Assembly: GCA_043821645.1 (NCBI GenBank)
Contig: JBDRCO010000020.1
Location: 1-60,941 of the forward strand
DNA: 60,941 nucleotides
From: Pseudomonadota bacterium
Lineage (GTDB): Bacteria; Myxococcota; JACRCW01; JAFGSX01
Reading direction: 5' to 3'
Shown here: positions 18,255 through 28,000 of the stretch, in pieces
Position numbering within the stretch: the stretch's first letter is position 1
How the letters are laid out: every line of letters starts with the position of its first letter
Program-made: the position numbers and the translations under genes
Notes under the pieces: model-generated
Database searches by the model: none
What the model saw: the letters and a program-made list of their open reading frames with translations, nothing else
What the model was told of the DNA's origin: nothing

Positions 18255-18371
18255 GGTCCAGCACAGCACAGCTCCGAATCGGGTCCAGCGAACAAGACCT
18301 GTCTTGGCTTTGATGAATAGAGAGCTGGCGGTCACAGCGCTGCCCCGCCGAACTCACTGCCAGGGATTGTT

Positions 18372-19256
18372 CTAGTCACCGATTTTGCAGCAATGCATCG
18401 CGGCGGGATAGACGTCGACATAGGAGGCGGCGTACGCCGTCTGGAAACCGATCACAAACTCGCCACTGGGACAGCTGTACTGCGGATTTTCCAGGTGGGT
18501 GTAGGCGAAGGTGACCCAGTGGCAACCCGAACGGGTCACCGTCCCGTTGACGGCGAGGTCACCGTTGAGATCGAGGCTTCCACCGACGGCGAGGTTCCGG
18601 GTGACGCTCAGGTCCTTGGTGATCGAGACATTGTCGTAGAGCCCAATTTCCCGGTCGCCACCCGCGGAGTTGTTTCCGACGACCATCAACTCCTTGTAAA
18701 TGCCGGAATCGTTGTAGATGGCGGCCCCTCCTTCACCAAGGCCCTGGCTGTTCCAGGACTGGTACTTCGGGGTGATGGCGTGGCTCTCGATGGGACCGTC
18801 CACAGCCAGGGTGCCAGTGACCTGGTAGTTCTTGGCCGTGGCGGCGCGGGCGGTGTAGGGCACCGCGACAATGCGTTTGCGCGAGGTCAGCGGGGTGTAG
18901 TCGGGGTCGCCGGCTTGCTTGACCTTGATGCCGAGGTATACCACGTCGTGCTGCCACACCGAGTCCAGCAGCGGCGCGTTGCTCCCGAGCAGCACCGAGA
19001 AGCTGCCGCCGTAGATGATGACGCCCGTGAACTCGTCACGCCACAGACATTCGGCGGTGGGCGTGTCGCACTCGCCGGCGGTTTCGGAGCTGAAGAGTTC
19101 AAACACGAAGTCGAACCCTCCGGACTGGGGCGTGCCGTCGAGCTCCAGCCTTCCCTGGTAGGCGATCTGGTTCTGGCTGCTCTGGGCCAGACTGTTGCCG
19201 GCGACCAGGAGAGACAGGATGGCCAATGCAAGCATTGGACGAGACCGACCGGTCAT
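18372..19256 (-). CDS. secreted tail-fibre-like protein
   Basis: GAGGAG RBS; signal peptide; 'IAYQGRL...FSVLLG...VPY' N-domain; beta-repeat stalk; C-terminal CPSGEFVIGF...CC. Confidence 0.7.
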   Translation of the reverse strand: MTGRSRPMLALAILSLLVAGNSLAQSSQNQIAYQGRLELDGTPQSGGFDFVFELFSSETAGECDTPTAECLWRDEFTGVIIYGGSFSVLLGSNAPLLDSVWQHDVVYLGIKVKQAGDPDYTPLTSRKRIVAVPYTARAATAKNYQVTGTLAVDGPIESHAITPKYQSWNSQGLGEGGAAIYNDSGIYKELMVVGNNSAGGDREIGLYDNVSITKDLSVTRNLAVGGSLDLNGDLAVNGTVTRSGCHWVTFAYTHLENPQYSCPSGEFVIGFQTAYAASYVDVYPAAMHCCKIGD

Positions 19257-19795
19257 TTGATTCTCCTCTCGCTCGGCTCGTGATGGGTGAACCATAAGCG
19301 GCGGTCAGCCTTTGTCAATCGTGGCCACGACGAGCCGAACGCTGCCCCTTGTTCGCGGGCTGTTCATCCCGTGGGGGCTCCCAGTGGCCTGCGGGCAGTG
19401 CCAACCCGCAGTCTCGAGGGGACAGAGCCGACCGGGATGTCCGTGCCGCAGGCCAGGGCAAGAGGGTCGCTGTTCCCACCTCCCTTCGTCGTTCAAGACA
19501 GCTTGCGCTCGTCGATCTTCAGTGTTTCGGGGCTGTCTGGCCAGGAGCATGGCCTTCTCGTGACCATCCAGAGACCCTGCCCCGACGTCCTGCCCGCCGG
19601 GCCAGAGCTGCTACGCCACGCCCTGGGGATGCGGGCACCTGCCTCTTGCCCTCAGCCCACCCGGCCCCGGGCTCTGTCCCCTGCTGCTATGCGAGTTCAA
19701 CACGATTCGGTATAAGGCTCGTACCCTTCACGCCATCCCTTGCCTCGCCGACTGAAGTGGACAAGGGGGAGCGCTTGAACGAGCGAGGTGTCGAT

Positions 19796-21895
19796 ATGCG
19801 TGGTCACGGCAACAACATCCTTTGCTTGTCGGTTCTCCTCGGAATCATTGGTTGTGGAGGAGTTCCCTCTTCGCAGGTCGATGGCCAGTCGGCAGACAAG
19901 GACAGCGGGCTGGTCGGCGACCCTGACGGTGCGGTGACCGGAGATGGCGCGCGGGACGCGTTCACACTCGACGGCACGGCCGATGCGTTCGCGCTCGACG
20001 GAGCTGCGGTCAAAGACGTTCCTTGCAACCCCGACAACGACAACCCCACCAATTCCACTGATATCGTGACCAGCGTGCAGGTGCAGTGGGACCCGGAAAC
20101 GTCCACCTGGAGCGAACCCGACCTGTGCACCTGGGCCTGCGATAGTGGGTACTGCGAGCAGAGCGGGCAATGCATCTCCTCGAAGAGCGTGCTGTGCGAC
20201 CCGAACAACAACAATCCGGCCAATTCCACCGACGTCGCTGCCGATGTCACCGTGACCTGCCAGCCAAACGGATTCTTCTCCGCCCCCGAGCCGTGCGCGT
20301 GGCAGTGCGACACCAGCTACTGCGTCGATGGCGAGCAGTGCCTGACGAGCAAGAGCGTACCTTGCGATACGAACAACGGTAATCCCGCCAGCTCCACCGA
20401 CGTGACCGCCGACGTCACGGTAACCTGCCAGCCAGATGGGACCTTCGACGCACCCCAGCTCTGCGCGTGGACCTGCGACACCAGCACCTGCCTGGACGGA
20501 GATCAATGCCTGGCGAGCACAAGCGTGTCCTGTGATGGCAACAACGGTAGCCCGGCCAACTCCACCGACGTCGCCGCCGATGTCACTGTGACCTGCCAGC
20601 CCGATGGCACCTTCGCAGCGCCCCAGCTCTGCAGCTGGGCGTGCGACACCAACTACTGCGCCGAAGGCGATCTGTGCCTGGGGAGCAAGAACGTGCCCTG
20701 CGATGCGAACAACGCCAACCCGGTCAACTCCACCGATGTCACCGCCGACGTCACCGTGACCTGCCTGCCGGAAGGCACGTTCGCTGCGCCCCAGCTCTGC
20801 GCCTGGGCGTGCAATGCGACCTACTGCGCCGATGGCGATCAGTGCGCAACGTCGAAGGACGTGCTCTGCGACTCCAGCGGCAGTCCACTCAACTCCACCA
20901 GCACTCCCGCCACCGTCGTGGTGACCTGTCAACCTGATGGCACTTTCGACACTCCGGCAGCGTGCGCCTGGGACTGCAACGAGGGATTCTGCGTGTTCGA
21001 CGACCAGTGCCTGTCATCGGCCAACGTGCCCTGCGATACCGACAACGCCAATCCCGCCGACTCCTCCGACCAGATCACCAACGTTGCCGTGGCATGTCTA
21101 CCGGACGGCTCCTTCACCGCTCCGAGTGACTGCGCCTGGACCTGCAATCCGTACTACTGTCTCGAGGGCGGCTCCTGCCTGTCCCAGAAAAGCGTTCCCT
21201 GTGACACGAACAACGCCAATCCACCCAATTCGACCGATGTGATCGCCAACGTCAACATCGCTTGCAGCGGGACAGGGACGTGGAATCCCCCTGCGCAGTG
21301 TGCGTGGGCGTGCAACAGCAACTACTGCCAGGAGGGCAACACCTGTGTGAAGAAGATCGACCTCGACGTCGACGGTGTCATGGACTGTACTCAGAACCTC
21401 GTGACCAATGGCCACTTCAACGTGAACACCGTGGGGTGGGTGAACTCGACCTGGTCACAGATCGCCAGGATGACCATCGATGGACAGGGCGATACCTCCT
21501 CGGGGAGCGGCAGGGTCTCTCACACCTACAATCCGGGAGCGGTGATCGGCGTCACCCAGTGCATACCCGTGTCACCGTCGACGACCTATACCGTGACGGC
21601 ACAGTATTACGTACCTTCGGGACAGCCCGCGACTCCAGGAGCCGGCTTCGCGCCGTGGAGCTATTCCAATACCACCTGCACCGGAAACCGCGATCTCGTC
21701 GATTGTTCGGGCAACGCGGGCACAGCCTGCAACTCACCGACCTGGACCGGTTCGATAGATACCTGGACGACGGTCAGCCACACCTTCACCACCAGCCCGA
21801 CAGCTCGAGCCGTGAACTTGCGGCTCAACGTGATGAAGTCCAGCGGCACCACCGCCGCCCAGTACGTGTACTACGACAACGTGCTCCTGCACTGA
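19796..21895 (+). CDS. Cys-rich repeat lipoprotein with C-terminal CBM-like beta-sandwich
   Basis: GAGGTG RBS; lipobox IIGC; eight ~56-aa Cys repeats; C-terminal NLVTNGHF...W...YYDNVLL carbohydrate-binding-like domain. Confidence 0.85.
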   Translation: MRGHGNNILCLSVLLGIIGCGGVPSSQVDGQSADKDSGLVGDPDGAVTGDGARDAFTLDGTADAFALDGAAVKDVPCNPDNDNPTNSTDIVTSVQVQWDPETSTWSEPDLCTWACDSGYCEQSGQCISSKSVLCDPNNNNPANSTDVAADVTVTCQPNGFFSAPEPCAWQCDTSYCVDGEQCLTSKSVPCDTNNGNPASSTDVTADVTVTCQPDGTFDAPQLCAWTCDTSTCLDGDQCLASTSVSCDGNNGSPANSTDVAADVTVTCQPDGTFAAPQLCSWACDTNYCAEGDLCLGSKNVPCDANNANPVNSTDVTADVTVTCLPEGTFAAPQLCAWACNATYCADGDQCATSKDVLCDSSGSPLNSTSTPATVVVTCQPDGTFDTPAACAWDCNEGFCVFDDQCLSSANVPCDTDNANPADSSDQITNVAVACLPDGSFTAPSDCAWTCNPYYCLEGGSCLSQKSVPCDTNNANPPNSTDVIANVNIACSGTGTWNPPAQCAWACNSNYCQEGNTCVKKIDLDVDGVMDCTQNLVTNGHFNVNTVGWVNSTWSQIARMTIDGQGDTSSGSGRVSHTYNPGAVIGVTQCIPVSPSTTYTVTAQYYVPSGQPATPGAGFAPWSYSNTTCTGNRDLVDCSGNAGTACNSPTWTGSIDTWTTVSHTFTTSPTARAVNLRLNVMKSSGTTAAQYVYYDNVLLH
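20012..21355 (+). repeat. eight intragenic ~168-bp tandem repeats
   Basis: Consensus KxVPCDxNNxNPxNSTDVxADVTVTCQPDGTFxAPxxCAWxCxxxYCxxGxxC repeated 8 times. Confidence 0.9.
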
Positions 21896-22251
21896 GTGGC
21901 CTGCGTTGGGTTCCATCATCCAACGCCTCGGATCCGTTCCCATCGTCCCGCGGTGGCCGGCTCCTGGTCTCGCAAGGCGCAGCTGGCGAGACGACATCAC
22001 AGAGCCCTTCGTGCCACAGGATACCCGTGCCAGGTGCAATCCGATATTCAGAGCACTTCGACTCCTACAGCGCGCTCAATTCGGTTGATCTCATCTCTTG
22101 CGGGGCTCCGGCCTGGCGGCAGTCTTTTTGTCGTCGCTGCGCGCCCAAAAAAAGCCCCACCTTGGCCCCCCGCACTTCGATCAGCACATCTGAGGAGCGC
22201 TGTAGCCAGGAAAGGCCAGCAGCGCGACGCGTGCGCACCAGGAGCACAGAC

Positions 22252-23202
22252 CTACCGAGCACAGCGGAAGCCGCGGCCACTGACCCCAAGCACCCAGTCG
22301 TAGTAGCGGTAAGACACTCGAAACCTCTCCTCGGTGCTGAAGTACGCTCCACCGCGCAACATCCGCATCTCGCAATTCGCGTTGCTACCGTCGACCCAGG
22401 CCTCCCCGGTCGAGGGCGCGCCCATGTAGTTGGCGTCGACGGGTTCGCCGTGCAGACAGTCCTCAAGCCACTCCCAGGCGTTGCCTTGCATGTCATACAG
22501 ACCCAGGCTGCTCACTGCCCTCGTGGCCACAGGGTGGCTCTCCCCGCCGGAGTTCCCTTCGTACCAGGCGATCTCGGCCAGGCAGGCGGGTTCAGGACTG
22601 CACGGCCAAGCTGCGATCGAACCGGCCCTCGCCGCGTACTCCCACTCCGCCTCACTGGGCAAGCGGCCCCCCACGTCCTCGCAGAAGCCCCGGGCATCTC
22701 CCCAGAGCACCTCGTCGGCCGGGCAGTCCGGACAATCCGGGTGACCGTTGGAGATGCGACCCGTTATCTCCAGGTACTGTTGCTGTGTGATCTCGGTCTG
22801 GGTCAACTCGAAAGCCTCCACTGCGACGGTGTGCCGTGGACTCTCGTCGTCGTTGCACTCCATGTCCCCCGATGAGCAACCCATCTCGAAGCTGCCTGCA
22901 GGGATCGCGACCCAGGTGAGCCTTGCGGCTTGCATGCCGGCGTCCTGGCCGCTGTCGGGCTCTGTCGCGTCACTCCGCGCGTCGGCAGCCGCATCGGCAC
23001 CAGCGTCGACGAGGCACTGGCAAAGCCCCCAGACCTGGCCGTCGTCGGCACACAGCTGGGCGCCCTGCGCACTTCCCTGACAGGAACAGGGCCGGGAGCT
23101 GCCAGGGGCACACGCACCGTCTTCGGGCGGCTTCGCTGGACAGGCGCCCAAGACCAACACAAGGGCGGCACCGACACCTTTGCACAACGCGCTCCTGTGC
23201 AT
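22252..23202 (-). CDS. FGE-sulfatase (SUMF1/EgtB/PvdO) domain lipoprotein
   Basis: Lipobox VLGAC; IPAGSFEMG, TEIT, RLPSEAEWEYAAR, GLYDMQGNAWEW, RGG, GFRCAR. Confidence 0.92.
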   Translation of the reverse strand: MHRSALCKGVGAALVLVLGACPAKPPEDGACAPGSSRPCSCQGSAQGAQLCADDGQVWGLCQCLVDAGADAAADARSDATEPDSGQDAGMQAARLTWVAIPAGSFEMGCSSGDMECNDDESPRHTVAVEAFELTQTEITQQQYLEITGRISNGHPDCPDCPADEVLWGDARGFCEDVGGRLPSEAEWEYAARAGSIAAWPCSPEPACLAEIAWYEGNSGGESHPVATRAVSSLGLYDMQGNAWEWLEDCLHGEPVDANYMGAPSTGEAWVDGSNANCEMRMLRGGAYFSTEERFRVSYRYYDWVLGVSGRGFRCAR

Positions 23203-23236
23203 GCTCTTCCTCCCAGCTTTTTAGGCTACCGACGAG

Positions 23237-23265
23237 ACGATGCCACACGATGCCACACGATGCCA
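23237..23265. repeat. 10-bp tandem repeat (ACGATGCCAC x2.9)
   Basis: Directly visible, ~35 bp upstream of the FGE-domain gene start. Confidence 0.8.
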
Positions 23266-23579
23266 GGAGCACACCCGGGGTGTCGGCGGAAATAACCCCA
23301 CCCCACTCCAGACCTTAGGCCCGCCTCCCCCTCCGGCATTGAAGCCCGTCGATTTCGGTGAGTTCTTGCCACCAAGAGGGTCTCTGTCCCCTCGTCTCCC
23401 CCGTCTTCTCCTGTCATGCGCTGCATGTCGCCAGGCCTTGGCCCTCCTCCCCGGTTCAGCTTTCCTTTTTTTTCTTCGGCTCCAAATTCTAAGCGACACA
23501 AAACGTCGCCAAGCTCCGTATATTGGAGTCAGCAGGAAGGAAATCGTGGATGGATTCGGACCTACTCAGGATTGGGGAC

Positions 23580-23620
23580 TTGAACTTTTGTTCAGTAGTT
23601 GGTACTGAACAAATGTGCGG
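23580..23620 (+). promoter_or_regulatory. tandem LexA (SOS)-like boxes upstream of recA
   Basis: TTGAAC-TTTT-GTTCAG (23580-23595) and CTGAAC-AAAT-GTGCGG (23605-23620): GAAC-N4-GTTC type, also close to the Myxococcus CTRHAMRYBYGTTCAGS box; the first box overlaps a TTGAAC -35. Confidence 0.7.
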
Positions 23621-23674
23621 TCAGTCTTTTGGATTGCCAGCGCCCGAGGGGCGACGGTAACAGGAGGTGATGTG

Positions 23675-24808
<1,134 letters not shown>

Positions 24809-24881
24809 TCCCGGCTCCCGCGCTGCTCCAGGCTCTGTCCGCGCCACCGCGATCTGCTCGCTGAATGCGAGCGGCTCCCAC

Positions 24882-25020
24882 GTAACAAACTGAATCGCTT
24901 TGATTGAGCTTGATGTGGGGGGCCCAGGTGAGGCTTTTTTCCGAGCTTGCGAGGACAAAAAGACTCGCCGGTGAAGGCGGGGCCCCACAACAGTGTCGAA
25001 TCAAAGCGATTTCGTATCAC
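24882..25020. repeat. ~130-bp palindromic intergenic element, copy 2
   Basis: Perfect 13-bp IR AATCGCTTTGATT (24893-24905) / AATCAAAGCGATT (24999-25011) enclosing TGTGGGG...CCCCACA and the 24-bp core shared with copy 1. Confidence 0.8.
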
Positions 25021-28000
25021 CAGCCAGACGGTCCCGGATCCCGCGCACACAGCGGCAGGCTGTGGCAGATGCGGCGGCGAATGGCCAGGCGGCGTGCATC
25101 GGCACAGACGACACCGTTCCAGATTTTTTGCAGATCCTGGTCGAGGATGTTGCCCGCGACGGGGTGATCGAAGCTCACCGGCTTGAGGCTGCCGTCGGGC
25201 TCGACGCAGCACAGCTCCCAGGGCAGGCGGCAGGGGTTGATGGCCATGCGGTTGATGCGATCGTCGCCGCGGCTGAACGCCGCAAGCACCGGGTCGCCGT
25301 CGACGAGACAGTTGTAGAGTTCGGGCGTGCGCGTGTGGTCCAGGAGTGAAAGACCCAGCTCCGCGGCCAGGACCTGCGCGCGGTGAAGAGCAGCGGCGAG
25401 CTGTTCGGGCGGGATCGCGGCCTCACGCGCAGATAGTGCGTTGTGCGCGAACATCTCCTCGAGCTTGAGCCAGTCGAGACCGATCTCTGCCGAGAAACGC
25501 ACCAGGGCCTCAACCTCGTCGAGATTGCTGGCCGCCACGGTCCAGGCGATGCCGAGGCGCGTCTCGGACCTGTGCTGCCGCCGCCAGTCCGCCAGCTCGC
25601 ACAGCAGGGGCAGCAGGCGCTCGATGTGCGAACCCTGACGCAGCACGTCGTGGCTGCGCGCGCTCAGGCCGTCGACGGAGAAGGACCAGGAGTTGACGCC
25701 CAGCTCGCACAGTTTCGCGAAGCGCTCGAGGTCGAGTTTCTGGCCATTGGTGAGCAGGTGCACCACCGTGGGCTCGCCGCCACGGGCCTGGTGCAAGGCG
25801 CGCAGCATGGGTTCGAGCTGGGGAGCCAGCAGGGGCTCACCCGCGTGTGGAAAACCGACGTAGTGCGCGTGCACGAGGTGCGGAGCCAGGGCCTCGACCA
25901 CCGCGGCGCTCATGTCGCGCGCGGTCCCGTCGCGGGTTCGCTCTGGCGCGCGCGTCAGGCAGTGACCACAGCGCAGGCCACAGCGCTCGGTGAGGTTGAG
26001 GTAAAAGCGCGCGGGCAGTGGAACCTCGTCGACCCGGCCTGCGCGAAAGGCCGCGTCGACGGGCGAAAGCGTGGACTCTGTCCCCTCATTGCGAGGAGAG
26101 GATCGGGCGGGATCGTCGACGCTGGTCGAACGTGTGCGATGAGCGATCTGTGAAGGAATCTCGCCGCCCGTCCAGTAGATGGCTGCAGCGCGTGGCGCGA
26201 GCACACCCGAGCCATGCGTGCTGTCTGTGTTGACCGCGACGACGCAAACGGCGCTCGCCGGCAAGTCGTCGACGACAAGGCCATCATCTCCGACGTTGAA
26301 ATAGCCGCGCACCGTGCCCCTGTCGCTGCGGCGCTCGAGCACCAGCAGGGAGCCAAGGGCCCGGCGCAGCACCAGCTCGCCCTGTTGCCAGGGCTCGAGG
26401 CTGTGGCGCATGGCACTGAACTCGCGAATCAGTTGTGCGGTGCGCGTCGGCGGCGAGTCCTGCTCTGGCATGGGTTGTCGATCAGGCCAGGCGTCGTCGA
26501 GGGTCGGGGAAGGCGTATCGCAACACATGCCCAGCTCGGTGCCGTAGGTCAGCCACAGGGGCTCGGGTCTGAACAACAGATAGGCCAGGGCCAGGCGCAG
26601 GCGATCGTGAAAGCCGACCCGCGAGACGAAGCGTCCGGTGTCGTGGTTGTCGACGAAGAGCAGGAAGAAGGAGGGATCGAAGGGACCCATGCCAAAACGC
26701 GCGCGCACGCTCTGTTGCCAGAAGGTCGCGGCATCGAGCTCGGCGCGGCCGAAGAATGCCAGCATGGCCTCCCGGTGACCGAAGTCGGTGACCAGGTCCG
26801 CACCTCGTTCCTGCGCGAAGCGGTGAGGCCTGTCGCTGACCACCTCGCCTAGCAACAGCAGCTCGGGGTTGAGGGCACGCGCACGGCTTCGCAACTCGGC
26901 CCAGAACGAGGCGGAGGCGTCGCCCATGTTGTCCAGGCGCAGTCCGTCGACACCCAGCTCGACCAGGTGCAGGGCTGCGGCCAAAGCGTGCTCTCGGGCC
27001 GGACCGGACTCGAGGTTCAGCACAGGCAACTCGGGGCGTGTCGGATAAAGCCGCACGGTGCGTGCATCGCCGGCGAGCACCGGGAACTTCTGGACGTGAA
27101 ACCAGTCCCGGTAGGCCGAGCGCTGCTGCTGCTGCAACAGGTCCTGAAAGGCCGGGTGCGCCTGGTTGACGTGGGTCACGGACAGGTCCACCACCACCCG
27201 CAGCTCGCGGGTGTGGGCCGCCTCGAGCAGACGCTGCAGGGCCGCCTCGCCACCGAGCAGGGGATCGATGCACAGCAGATCCGTGGCGTCGTAGCGATGC
27301 GGTGTCGGAGAAGGTTGCAGAGGGGTGAGTACCAGAGCGTCGACCCCGAGCTGCACCAGCGCGTTCAGATGTTCTGTGACGCCGTCGAGGTCGCCGCCGT
27401 AGTAGGTGCTGGCCGTAGACGGAGCGCTGCGCGCGCTGAAGCGGGCGTCTGGCGTGGAGCCCGCACCGGTATGCCAGCGGTCGACGAAGATGCCGTAGAA
27501 CACGGCTGCACGGGCCCAAGTCGGCGCGTGCGCGAGGTGATCGTCCGGGCGTGGCAGGGAAAAGCGCGGGCCTTGATGCCGGTCGACGCTGAGCTGCCAC
27601 GGGCGGTCGCTGCCATCGAGCGTCAACTCGGCCCTCAGCAGGGCGCGCTCACCGACTCGGTGCACACAGCGGAGAGGCACAGTCTGCGCGCGGCCTGTGG
27701 AAACTTCGCTGTGCCCCGGGTGCAACCACAGGTGGCGCGGCGGCGTGGCGCCCTCGTGCACGAGCTGCACCACAACCCGGCCTTCTTGCCGCTGCAGATG
27801 TCTTGGGTCGGGGGCGAAGAAGAGTGGAGACGCGCTGCCGCTCACCACCAGCACGGCATTGGCCACACCCTCGCTGCGATCGACCGTCGCAGCATGTTCA
27901 TCGTCCAGCCAGGTCCTGCCGTCGACGCGAAAGCGATAGCGGTACACACCGGGAGCCAGGTCGAGCTGACAGCGGTAGGTTCCGGACTCCGTCTCCTGCA

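Noticed and set aside
19490-19600. IS66 TnpB-like fragment on the minus strand (GQGLWMVTRRPCSWP)
   Set aside because: Similarity is too short and weak to support without a search.
22252-22400. DGR variable region at the C-terminus of the FGE/C-type-lectin-fold gene
   Set aside because: No reverse transcriptase and no adenine-variant template repeat found in the window; a remote target cannot be excluded but is unsupported.
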